Below, piece after piece: positions 9,539 to 17,249 of a stretch of DNA of 24,135 bases. This stretch comes from a virus. Lineage: Duplodnaviria; Caudoviricetes. The position numbers were made by a program, and so were the translations under genes. The stretch spans positions 1 to 24,135 of the IMG/VR virus record IMGVR_UViG_3300032295_000612; one strand, given 5' to 3'. How positions within the stretch are numbered: position 1 is the stretch's first letter; the number at the start of each line of letters is the position of its first letter. The notes beneath the pieces were generated by a model. The model searched no databases. It was not told the origin of the DNA and saw only the letters and a program-made list of their open reading frames with translations.

Positions 9539-9864
9539 ACGTTGCGCTCCTTCAACTTGGCTTCGATGGTGTTGATGTAGTCAAGCCAGCCTTGATAATC
9601 TTCTTTGCGCTCAAATATTTGCCGCTTTTCCTCATCCGTCAGCCCAACCCATTGCCGCTGTGCTGTGGGTGGGGTGGCGTCAAACTTGTTGCGAGGGTCA
9701 AGCCCACCGTCCGAAACGATGTCGCTATATTGCCCCACAGGCTCATAGTCCAACCCCAACTCTCTGGCGTTCTCTGCCTTCTTGTCGAGGGCAGTTTGCT
9801 TTGGAATACAGCCGTGCTTCAGACAATGCGCCACGGTTTCGCATTCATCGCATAGTTTGGTCAC
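9535..9864 (-). CDS. Hypothetical protein (WVGLTDEE-type mosaic phage protein)
   Basis: 109 aa, GTG start with AAGGA RBS; N-terminal CxxC...HC...C; C-terminal 'RQWVGLTDEE...IEAKLKERN'. Confidence 0.7.
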   Translation of the reverse strand: MTKLCDECETVAHCLKHGCIPKQTALDKKAENARELGLDYEPVGQYSDIVSDGGLDPRNKFDATPPTAQRQWVGLTDEEKRQIFERKEDYQGWLDYINTIEAKLKERNV

Positions 9865-9865
9865 A

Positions 9866-10039
9866 TCAAGTCCTTTTGAATGTTATCCACGCTGGTTCTT
9901 TGTTGACCACTGGCGGCGGCGTGATCTTCTCGGATGGCGGTGTCCAGCCGTACTTGCGCCACAGCGCCTGCACATCAGAGCCACTGCTCCATTTGAAATC
10001 AGGATGCCCCACTGGAATCCACGGTATTGTTTTGTTCAC
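9866..10039 (-). CDS. Hypothetical 57-aa Trp/Pro-rich protein (not in ORF track)
   Basis: GTG start with AAGGAG RBS; MNKTIPWIPVGHPDFKWSSGSDVQALWRKYGWTPPSEK...; fills the gap exactly. Confidence 0.65.
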   Translation of the reverse strand: MNKTIPWIPVGHPDFKWSSGSDVQALWRKYGWTPPSEKITPPPVVNKEPAWITFKRT

Positions 10040-10199
10040 GGTTTGCTCCTTCGATTATTAAGTGCCGGTAGGCACGGATCGCTGTCTTCAAGTCTGCTTG
10101 CAGACTCTCGATCAGCGCTTCTTGCTCAGACAACCGCACAGCGGCGTCTTGGGCAAACTTGGCCAGGTTGCGCGATTCCCACGCAGCAAACCTGCTCAT
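9999..10199 (-). CDS. Hypothetical coiled-coil protein
   Basis: 66 aa with a heptad pattern; ATGA overlap with the upstream gene. Confidence 0.65.
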   Translation of the reverse strand: MSRFAAWESRNLAKFAQDAAVRLSEQEALIESLQADLKTAIRAYRHLIIEGANREQNNTVDSSGAS

Positions 10200-10408
10200 G
10201 TTTTGGTGGCCAGCGCCAGCAGCTCGGCCCTCTCTCTGGCCACCCGCAGCGTGTTGTATCGCTGGTGCAGGCGCTCAATCACCTTGACGCGGCGGGGACC
10301 GGCCATCTCGGAGTCCAGCAGCGCCTTGACGTCCACTTCTGGCAGCAACGCCAGCACCTCATTAAGTTTTCGCCATGTGTAGCTCAATTTTCTTCTCCAG
10401 TTGTTCAA
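10196..10408 (-). CDS. Hypothetical protein
   Basis: About 70 aa helical ORF; start position uncertain (TTG). Confidence 0.6.
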   Translation of the reverse strand: MNNWRRKLSYTWRKLNEVLALLPEVDVKALLDSEMAGPRRVKVIERLHQRYNTLRVARERAELLALATKT

Positions 10409-10523
10409 TCAGTTTGGTTGTATGGGCGTGTGTTCGCTGCGCTGCGTTGAGCTGGCGCGTCTTGTGCCGCAGCTCAGACTTGGCCGCACGCAGTTTGGCT
10501 TTCCATTGGTCGATTCGTTTCAT
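10362..10523 (-). CDS. Hypothetical 53-aa basic coiled-coil protein (not in ORF track)
   Basis: MKRIDQWKAKLRAAKSELRHKTRQLNAAQR...; GGAGG RBS; ATGA overlap with the helicase stop. Confidence 0.65.
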   Translation of the reverse strand: MKRIDQWKAKLRAAKSELRHKTRQLNAAQRTHAHTTKLIEQLEKKIELHMAKT

Positions 10524-11797
10524 TTAAGTGCCTCCAAGGCGATTTGGGAAAGAGATAGTTTGTCATGTAACGCGCCCCAGATTTTGTGATCGACAGTAGC
10601 GTCGGTCAGAAATACGTAGCACCACACGTCATGCCGCTGGCCGCTACGATGCAAGCGCCCGATTGTCTGCTCATACAGTTCAAGCGACCAGGGCAGGGAC
10701 AAAAAGATGATGTGGCATCCACCATGTTGGAGGTTAAGACCGTGGCCTGCTGACTTGGGGTGGACGGCAAGCAACCTGACCTCGCCTCGGTTCCAGCGTT
10801 CGATGGCGTCGTCGTCATCGAGTGTTGTAACTGTGAAGCGTCGCTTGAGTTCGGCAAGCTCTTCTTGGTATTGGTAAACAAGTAAGGTATTGGCATGTTG
10901 GTTCTCATCAAGCAGTTCTTCAAGGCGGTCAAACTTGTGCGACGACAACCAGATCGGGCCGTTGTCAGAGTACAGGAAGCCAGACGACATCTGCTGCAAC
11001 TTCTGCGTGACAACAGCAGCGTTGACCGCCACCACGTCGTCCAGCACAAAGTCCTTCTTCATCTTGTTGTAGCTGGTCATGTCCATCTTGCAGGCCACCT
11101 CAACGGTGTGCAGGGGTGGCAACTTGTCCTTGTACTCGCCAGGCTCCAGCACGAACGTAGCGGGCTTGATGCGCTGCATGACCAGCTCCAGTGAACCCTT
11201 ACGTGGCTCCCACTCGCCAAAGTCTTTGTTGATCAGCGTGAAGTATTGCTGCATGAACGCGCCTTTGGCGCGGCCCAGCAGCGACTGGTCCACGATCTTG
11301 CACTGGCCGAACACGTCCTCAAGGCCGTTGCTGGTGAAGCTGCCCGTCAGGCCCCAACGGATGCCCATCTCGCCAATGACTTTGTTGAGCGCCTTAAAAC
11401 GAGCGCCCGAGGGGTTCTTCAGCTTGGTCAGCTCGTCAAACACAATGGCGTTGATGTGCGCTAAGTTCTGCTCGGCCAGCCATTGGATGTTGTCGTAATT
11501 GGTCACGATGATCTGAGCGCCGCTGTTGAGCGCCGCTTTACGCTGCGCTGGTGTGCCCACGGCCACAGCCAGAGTGCAGCCGGGTGCCCACTTAGGCTGC
11601 TCAACAGGCCACACGTCGGTGCAGACACGCTTGGGTGCCAGCACGAGAAAACGTATGGCGTAGCCGTCTTTGAGAATGGCCTGCATGGCTGTGAGCGTGA
11701 TGGCTGTCTTGCCAGCACCCACCGGGGCCAGGATCATGGCGCGGTCGTGCTCGTACAAGAAGTCAGCCGCTGTGTCTTGATATGGCCTTAATCGCAT
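10520..11797 (-). CDS. SNF2-like superfamily 2 helicase
   Basis: Q motif LRPYQ, Walker A APVGAGKT, Walker B VFDEL, motif III LTGS, 'SAGHGLNLQ', motif VI QTIGRLHRSGQ. Start re-called to ATG 11797. Confidence 0.92.
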   Translation of the reverse strand: MRLRPYQDTAADFLYEHDRAMILAPVGAGKTAITLTAMQAILKDGYAIRFLVLAPKRVCTDVWPVEQPKWAPGCTLAVAVGTPAQRKAALNSGAQIIVTNYDNIQWLAEQNLAHINAIVFDELTKLKNPSGARFKALNKVIGEMGIRWGLTGSFTSNGLEDVFGQCKIVDQSLLGRAKGAFMQQYFTLINKDFGEWEPRKGSLELVMQRIKPATFVLEPGEYKDKLPPLHTVEVACKMDMTSYNKMKKDFVLDDVVAVNAAVVTQKLQQMSSGFLYSDNGPIWLSSHKFDRLEELLDENQHANTLLVYQYQEELAELKRRFTVTTLDDDDAIERWNRGEVRLLAVHPKSAGHGLNLQHGGCHIIFLSLPWSLELYEQTIGRLHRSGQRHDVWCYVFLTDATVDHKIWGALHDKLSLSQIALEALK

Positions 11798-12030
11798 TTC
11801 CACGCCTGGCAATACTTGTACAAATCTTTTCGATTTTTTTGGTTTACTTTTTTACGCTCGGCATCGCGAATTTCTTGTTCCCATTTTGCAAATTGTTCGG
11901 GGGTGTACAGAAGGCCTTCTAGCCTGGAATACTCAACAAGAAACACCCCAAACTTATCTATTGTTTCTTTAGAAAACGGCGCGTCAAAACCAGCTTCAAC
12001 TGCCGCATACCGTATGGCTTGCTTATTCAT
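11788..12030 (-). CDS. Hypothetical protein, AT-rich insert
   Basis: About 80 aa (MNKQAIRYAAVEAGF...) between VRR-NUC and the helicase; overlaps both. Confidence 0.6.
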   Translation of the reverse strand: MNKQAIRYAAVEAGFDAPFSKETIDKFGVFLVEYSRLEGLLYTPEQFAKWEQEIRDAERKKVNQKNRKDLYKYCQAWKCD

Positions 12031-12298
12031 GTTCTTTAATCCATCCATCTATTTGATCTTTGTTCCACAGGCACACATACCTTTGGTTCATCAGCGCCAT
12101 GTCACTGGCGAAGACCTTTTGCAACTCGGACAGCCTGCCGCCCTCGGTCTTGACCTCAACGAACCATGTCTGGCCGTTGGGCAGGCACACGATCCGGTCG
12201 GCCACGCCGCGATGCGCAGGGCTGGTGAACTTGTACGCCCGACCGCCCAGCTCTTTGACGCGCTTGACGAGGTAGGCTTCAACTTGCTTCTCAAGCAC
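12023..12298 (-). CDS. VRR-NUC domain nuclease (Holliday junction resolvase-like)
   Basis: 'LEKQVE...KFTSPAHRGVADRI...FVEVKTEGGRLSELQ' PD-(D/E)xK VRR-NUC signature. Probable GTG start at 12298; the ORF track gives 12313. Confidence 0.9.
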   Translation of the reverse strand: MLEKQVEAYLVKRVKELGGRAYKFTSPAHRGVADRIVCLPNGQTWFVEVKTEGGRLSELQKVFASDMALMNQRYVCLWNKDQIDGWIKEHE

Positions 12299-12470
12299 GA
12301 TGCTTAAACTCATCTGCGATCACCAAGCCGTCAGGCTCCAGTTCGACCGATATGGTTTTTGCGTAGCTAACGATCACCACTTGGCTTGGGTTGTGCCCAT
12401 GCTTCAAGCAGTATTCGCGCAAGGCGGTTTGCAGTTCTGCAAGTGTAATTTCGACGGTGTGTGTTTTCAT
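12291..12470 (-). CDS. Hypothetical 59-aa protein, first gene of the leftward operon
   Basis: MKTHTVEITLAELQTALREYC...; the ATG lies 7 nt downstream of a TATTAT box. Confidence 0.6.
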   Translation of the reverse strand: MKTHTVEITLAELQTALREYCLKHGHNPSQVVIVSYAKTISVELEPDGLVIADEFKHRA

Positions 12471-12530
12471 AGCCCGAATAATACACGAAAAAAAGTTTTG
12501 CACAAATTATTTTTTGTGTGTTAAGATCAA
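12471..12530. promoter_or_regulatory. Divergent overlapping sigma70-type promoters with an operator-like inverted repeat
   Basis: Rightward TTGCAC(12498)-N18-TAAGAT(12522) with extended TG. Leftward TTGTGC-N16-TATTAT. Inverted repeat CACAAA-N6-TTTGTG at 12501-12518. AT-rich gap between divergent operons. Confidence 0.65.
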
Positions 12531-12556
12531 GTCCTCATCAACTAAAGGACAGTCAA

Positions 12557-12742
12557 ATGGAATATCACATCCCCGCCGCCGATTACAGCAGCATCAACGT
12601 CAGCGCCTACGAAAAGGGCGTCTGGATCAGCGTCATGCGTCACTGCGGCTACGCATCCACCCACCTGACACGCAAGCAGGCCGAGCAACTGCGCGACGCA
12701 TTGATCGCCTTAACTCAGGAGACAGAAGATGCAGCACAGTAA
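12557..12742 (+). CDS. Hypothetical protein
   Basis: 61 aa from ATG 12557 with TAAAGGA RBS; 'HLTRKQAEQLRDAL' tail. Confidence 0.7.
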   Translation: MEYHIPAADYSSINVSAYEKGVWISVMRHCGYASTHLTRKQAEQLRDALIALTQETEDAAQ

Positions 12743-13850
12743 TATCGTCGGAGGCTCGACCGCCAAGCGCGTCATCACCTGCCCTGGCAGCGTGGCGCTT
12801 GTCAATAAGATGCCGCCCAAGCCCTCCAGCGAACACGCAGATCGCGGCACACTGCTGCACGACGCCATCAGCGCTATCTTGGAAGACCAAAGCGTTGACG
12901 TGATTGGCCGCACATACGAAGGCCAAGTCCTGACACAAGACCTCTACGACGAAAAGATCATGGTGGCGCTGGCGCTGCTGGACGAAGTAGACCCCGACAA
13001 GGAGATGCTGTATGAAGTTGAGACCCGTGTGGGATTCGGTGATTTCTTACCTAATGTTTTCGGCAGCACGGATTTGGTCGGTCGTATTGGTAGCCGTGCT
13101 ATTGTTTTGGACTGGAAGTTTGGTGACGGTGTGGTGGTTGACGCAGTAGAGAACGCACAGCTTATGTTCTACGCCGCCGCCAGTATGCGTACCCCCGAGG
13201 CAGCATGGGCGTTTGATGGCGCGACTGAGATCGAATGCGTGATCATTCAGCCGCCGATGATGAAGCGTTGGGTGACCACGAAAGAGCGCATCAAGCAGTT
13301 TGAGCAAGAGCTGGTGCAGGCCGTCAAGGCCGCGCAGCAGCCGGACGCCAAGCTGGCCGTGGGTGACCACTGCCGCTGGTGCGCAGGCAAGCCCATCTGC
13401 CCAAAGATGACCGGCGCTGTGGACCGCGCCCTGCAAGTGCAACTGAAAGAAATAGACGTTAACATGCTGGGCCGATACCTGAAGAATGCAGACCTCTTGG
13501 AAGACTGGATCAAAGACCTGCGTGGTCTGGCGCTCCAGTTGCTTGAGAAGGATATGCCTGTGCCGGGGTATAAACTTGTACAGAAGCAAGCAAGACGTAA
13601 ATGGACCGATGAGAGCAAAGCCAAGCAGGCGTTGCTGGACATGGGCCTCAAAGAATCTGTCGTAGTCGAGACTTCAGTTATGTCTCCTGCGCAGGCCGAG
13701 AAGGCGCTTAAAAAGCGCTGGGCCGACCTGCCAGAAGGCTTGGTGAAGTCCGAGTCGTCAGGTACAACACTGGCAAGCGAGGATGACCCTCGCCCAGCAG
13801 TGTTGCAAATCGGGTCGCAGTTATCTGCGGCCCTTCTTAAACTTCAGTAA
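12729..13850 (+). CDS. Cas4-like PD-(D/E)xK exonuclease (DUF2800 family)
   Basis: N-terminal CPGS, 'GTLLH', 'GSTD', 'DWKFG', 'QLMFYA' and C-terminal CRWCxxxxxC, giving a four-Cys Fe-S staple pattern. Confidence 0.85.
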   Translation: MQHSNIVGGSTAKRVITCPGSVALVNKMPPKPSSEHADRGTLLHDAISAILEDQSVDVIGRTYEGQVLTQDLYDEKIMVALALLDEVDPDKEMLYEVETRVGFGDFLPNVFGSTDLVGRIGSRAIVLDWKFGDGVVVDAVENAQLMFYAAASMRTPEAAWAFDGATEIECVIIQPPMMKRWVTTKERIKQFEQELVQAVKAAQQPDAKLAVGDHCRWCAGKPICPKMTGAVDRALQVQLKEIDVNMLGRYLKNADLLEDWIKDLRGLALQLLEKDMPVPGYKLVQKQARRKWTDESKAKQALLDMGLKESVVVETSVMSPAQAEKALKKRWADLPEGLVKSESSGTTLASEDDPRPAVLQIGSQLSAALLKLQ

Positions 13851-13859
13851 AGGACAATC

Positions 13860-14492
13860 ATGTCAACTTTTTCTCTCGCAAATCTGCCAGCAGTTACCAC
13901 CCTCTCCACCGCATTGCGTTCGCTTGAACAAGGCGCAGGCACATCGGGTGTCGTCATCCTGAAAATGGACAAGACCGGCCATTGGGTGTTTGGTGCTGAT
14001 CAAACCGAAGTCGAAGACGACTCTACTTGGGCCGTCAATCCTTTCTCTTTCGTCCACGGCTTCATCGCCTGGGGTGACGGCGAAGTGCTTGGCGAGAAGA
14101 TGACCGGCGTGCAGCACCCCCTGCCAGAGCTTGACGTAGCGCCTCCCGGTGCCAAGCGCGGCTGGGAAACGCAGATCGGCATGTCGTTGAAGTGCCTCGT
14201 GGGTGAGGACAAGGACATGGAAGCACGCTTCACCACGACCTCGGTCGGCGGTAAGAAGGCCGTGCAAGCATTGGGCGTTGCCATCGCCACGCAAGTGGAG
14301 AAGGACCAGTCCAAGCCCGTGGCCATCGTGCGCCTGAAGAAGGACCACTACGTCCACAAGTCCTACGGTCGCATCTACACCCCGGTGTTTGAGATCGTGG
14401 AGTGGGCCAGCATGGACGGCGCTGCTGAAGCGCCAGCGGTTGAAGAAGCCGAGGCAGCGCCTGCTGCTGGCCGTCGTCGTCGTGCGGCCTAA
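13860..14492 (+). CDS. Putative single-stranded DNA-binding protein
   Basis: 210 aa, beta-rich with aromatic residues and an acidic/Ala tail ending RRRRAA; sits between exonuclease and PolA, the usual SSB slot. Confidence 0.55.
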   Translation: MSTFSLANLPAVTTLSTALRSLEQGAGTSGVVILKMDKTGHWVFGADQTEVEDDSTWAVNPFSFVHGFIAWGDGEVLGEKMTGVQHPLPELDVAPPGAKRGWETQIGMSLKCLVGEDKDMEARFTTTSVGGKKAVQALGVAIATQVEKDQSKPVAIVRLKKDHYVHKSYGRIYTPVFEIVEWASMDGAAEAPAVEEAEAAPAAGRRRRAA

Positions 14493-14500
14493 GTGAAATC

Positions 14501-14567
14501 GGGGCCGAAAGCGGATGCTGTGTAGTGCCGTCATGGACTCTAGAGCGCAGTGCAGCGAGTAGGCCCC
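14501..14567 (+). ncRNA. Candidate structured cis-regulatory RNA upstream of polA
   Basis: Closing stem GGGGCC/GGCCCC, adjacent GAA / AGUA internal loop, inner helix CUGUGU/GCGCAG. No U-tract. Fills almost the whole intergenic gap. Confidence 0.55.
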
Positions 14568-14574
14568 ACCTATC

Positions 14575-16494
14575 ATGATTTGGCTTGACTTTGAAACCCG
14601 TAGCCGCTGTGACCTGAAGGCCAAAGGCGTCTACAACTACGCAATGGACGCCAGCACCGAAGTGCTGTGCATGTCTTACGCCTTCGGTGATGATGAGGTC
14701 GTCACCTGGTTGCCCGGTCAGCCGCTGCCTGACTTTACGGGCCACATGATCTACGCCCACAACGCCGCTTTCGAGCGCTTAATTTTTTGGTATGTTCTTC
14801 AGAAGAACTACCCCCTAGAATCGTTTTATTGCACCGCAGCACAAGCCCGCGCCAACTGTGCGCCTGGCTCGCTGGAGGACGTGGGCCGCTTTGCTGGCGC
14901 TGACATGCGCAAGGACCACCGTGGCAGTCAACTGATCCGGCTGCTGTCCGTGCCGCAGGCCAATGGCCAGTTCCGTGAGGACGCCGCCCTGATGGCCGAG
15001 ATGGTCGAGTATTGCGAGCAGGACGTGCGGTCCATGCGTGCCATCAGCAAGGCCCTGCGGCCACTGTCTGAGGACGAGCTGGCCGACTATCACACCAACG
15101 AGCGCATTAACGACCGTGGCGTGCTGGTGGACGTGCCGCTGTGCCAAGCGGCTGTCAAATACTCCGCTGACGAGACCGTCGAGATTCAGCAGATCGTGTC
15201 CGAGGTGACCGAGGGCGTCATCACCAGCGTGCGCTCGCCTAAGATGCGCGAGTGGGTGCTGGAGCGCGTCGGGCCAGAGGCCAAGAAGCTGATGTGGACC
15301 GGCGAGAAGTATTCGATTGACAAGACTGTGCGGGCCAACTTGCTTGCGATGGAAGACCCTGATGAGATTCCGCCCCATGTTGCAGACGTTATCCAATGCG
15401 CGGACGACCTCTGGGCGTCTTCGGTTGCGAAGTTCAACCGCCTCGCAAACCTCGCCGATGAAGAAGATCACCGAGTCCGAGGCGCTTTCGTTTTTGCTGG
15501 AGGGGCTGCCACCGGGCGAGCGTCGAGCTATGGTGCGCAAGTTCACAACTTTACCCGCAAGTGCGCCAAAGAGCCTGATGAAGTACGCCACGCTATGGTG
15601 CGTGGCCACGCAATCACGCCGAGATTTGGTCGCCGCATTACAGATGTGCTCAAAGGGATGCTCCGGCCTGCGCTGATTGCCAAGCCCGGCCACGTCCTGA
15701 TTGCCTACGACTGGTCGGCTATCGAGGGCCGTGTGCATCCGTGGCTGTCCAACTGCCCAGCAGGTGAGCAAAAGCTGGATGTGTTTCGGTCCGGCCTTGA
15801 CCCGTACAAGGTCAACGCAGCCGCCACCTTTCGTGTGCCTTACGAAGATGTTGCTGGTGACCAGCGCCAAGTGGGCAAGGTGCAAGAGCTGGCCCTTGGC
15901 TTTTTGGGTGGCGCAGGCGCGTTTGAGGTGTTTGGCCGCGCCTACGGCATCCGGCTGTCGCCGGGTGAGGTGCAACGGGCCGTGGACGGCTGGCGCAGGG
16001 CGAACCCGTGGGCGCAGGCGCATGGTCAGCAACTGGAAGGCGCGTACCTTCGGGCCATGAGAAACAAAGGGCATGAATTTAAAGCAGGGCGTGTTGTGTA
16101 CTTGTTCGACGGCCAAACGCTCTGGTATGCTTTGCCCTCCGGTCGGGTGCTGTGCTACCCCAACGCCAAATTTGATGATGAAGGCAACGTGACGTACACC
16201 AAAGCAGCCTGGAAGCCCGCCGCTGACGCCAAAGAGTGGCCCCGCGCCCGTCTGTGGCGTGGTCTGGCTTGCGAGAACGTCACGCAGGCCGCAGCGCACG
16301 ACATCTTGCGACACTCACTGCGCCAGCTTGATGGCGTGGTCCTACACGTCCATGACGAGATCGTGGTCGAGTGCCCCGAGGCCGAGGCCGAGGCGGTCGC
16401 TGCGCGGATGCACCAAATCATGTGTACCCCGCCTGCATGGGCGGCTGGCCTGCCTTTGGCCGCTGAAGGTGTCACAACAACGAGGTATTCATGA
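14575..16494 (+). CDS. polA: DNA polymerase family A with 3'-5' exonuclease (phage APSE-like type)
   Basis: ExoI DFETRS, ExoII HNAAFE, ExoIII YCEQD; motif A DWSAIEGR, motif B RQVGKVQELALGF, motif C HVHDEIV. Confidence 0.95.
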   Translation: MIWLDFETRSRCDLKAKGVYNYAMDASTEVLCMSYAFGDDEVVTWLPGQPLPDFTGHMIYAHNAAFERLIFWYVLQKNYPLESFYCTAAQARANCAPGSLEDVGRFAGADMRKDHRGSQLIRLLSVPQANGQFREDAALMAEMVEYCEQDVRSMRAISKALRPLSEDELADYHTNERINDRGVLVDVPLCQAAVKYSADETVEIQQIVSEVTEGVITSVRSPKMREWVLERVGPEAKKLMWTGEKYSIDKTVRANLLAMEDPDEIPPHVADVIQCADDLWASSVAKFNRLANLADEEDHRVRGAFVFAGGAATGRASSYGAQVHNFTRKCAKEPDEVRHAMVRGHAITPRFGRRITDVLKGMLRPALIAKPGHVLIAYDWSAIEGRVHPWLSNCPAGEQKLDVFRSGLDPYKVNAAATFRVPYEDVAGDQRQVGKVQELALGFLGGAGAFEVFGRAYGIRLSPGEVQRAVDGWRRANPWAQAHGQQLEGAYLRAMRNKGHEFKAGRVVYLFDGQTLWYALPSGRVLCYPNAKFDDEGNVTYTKAAWKPAADAKEWPRARLWRGLACENVTQAAAHDILRHSLRQLDGVVLHVHDEIVVECPEAEAEAVAARMHQIMCTPPAWAAGLPLAAEGVTTTRYS

Positions 16495-17192
16495 AACACG
16501 TTATTGGACTGAGTGGAGGTAAAGACTCCACAGCGCTTGCGTTGCGTTTGATGGAAACCGAACCGCGAGAGTACGAACTGATCTGCAACGCCACCGGCAA
16601 CGAGTTGCCCGAGATGGTCGAGCACTGGGCCAAGCTGGAGCAGATGCTTGGCTTGCCCATTAAAAAAGTGGGCCACACGACCGACTTGTATGGCCTGATT
16701 GACCAGATGCAAATGCTGCCCAACTTTCGCGCCAGATGGTGTACGCGCATTTTGAAGATCGAACCCACTATCGAATACTTTGAAACGCTGCCCGAAGGGT
16801 CGGTGCTTTACGTTGGCCTGCGTGCCGATGAAGAAGCCCGACGCGGCATCTACGGCGAAGACATGAAGATCCGCTTCCCGATGCGCGAGTGGGGCTGGAA
16901 CGAAGCCGACGTGTGGAAGTACCTCGGTGAGCGCGGTGTGACGATCCCCCGCCGCACAGACTGCGCCGTGTGCCCGTATCAGCGTTTGGGTGAGTGGCGT
17001 GATCTCTGGCGTGACTACCCTGAAGAGTACGCCAAGGGCGTGGCCGTTGAAGAAAAGCTGGGCCACACGTTCCGGTCGCCGCAGCGCGACAATTGGCCCG
17101 CATCGCTTAAAGACCTGGCCGTTGAGTTTGCCAGTGGTCGCAAGATTCGCGGTGACGGCAATGCACCAACGTGCAGGGTCTGTTCACTGTAA
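16491..17192 (+). CDS. PAPS-reductase-family PP-loop (adenylyltransferase-like) protein
   Basis: SGGKDS PP-loop, 'RWCTRILKIEP', 'GLRADE..RR', 'PMREW', 'DCAVCP' and terminal CRVC. No ECG(L/I)H tail. Confidence 0.85.
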   Translation: MKHVIGLSGGKDSTALALRLMETEPREYELICNATGNELPEMVEHWAKLEQMLGLPIKKVGHTTDLYGLIDQMQMLPNFRARWCTRILKIEPTIEYFETLPEGSVLYVGLRADEEARRGIYGEDMKIRFPMREWGWNEADVWKYLGERGVTIPRRTDCAVCPYQRLGEWRDLWRDYPEEYAKGVAVEEKLGHTFRSPQRDNWPASLKDLAVEFASGRKIRGDGNAPTCRVCSL

Positions 17193-17224
17193 AAAAGAAA
17201 GCCCCGGCGGGTTAGGCCGGGGCT
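17191..17224 (-). terminator. Intrinsic-terminator-like hairpin oriented on the - strand
   Basis: 9-bp stem AGCCCCGGC/GCCGGGGCT (17200-17224) with a 7-nt loop; the U-rich tail TTCTTTTTT occurs only on the - strand. Confidence 0.6.
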
Positions 17225-17249
17225 GAAGTTCCAACTAAAGGAGAAACCC

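Noticed and set aside
12539-12549. CAACTAAAGGA repeated at 12539 and 17232
   Set aside because: Both copies are ribosome-binding sites with A/C-rich leaders, explained by translation-initiation preference.
12729-13850. Cas4-like nuclease as a sign of a CRISPR system
   Set aside because: No repeat-spacer array or other cas genes; DUF2800-type nucleases are routine in phage PolA modules.
14815-16314. 499-aa antisense ORF inside polA, and similar long antisense ORFs at 16155-17066, 13863-14624 and 3553-4317
   Set aside because: Shadow ORFs expected from GC-rich codon bias opposite well-supported genes; no motifs or RBS.
16491-17192. Calling this gene cysH (sulfate assimilation auxiliary metabolic gene)
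   Set aside because: It lacks the C-terminal ECG(L/I)H catalytic motif, and its context is DNA replication.
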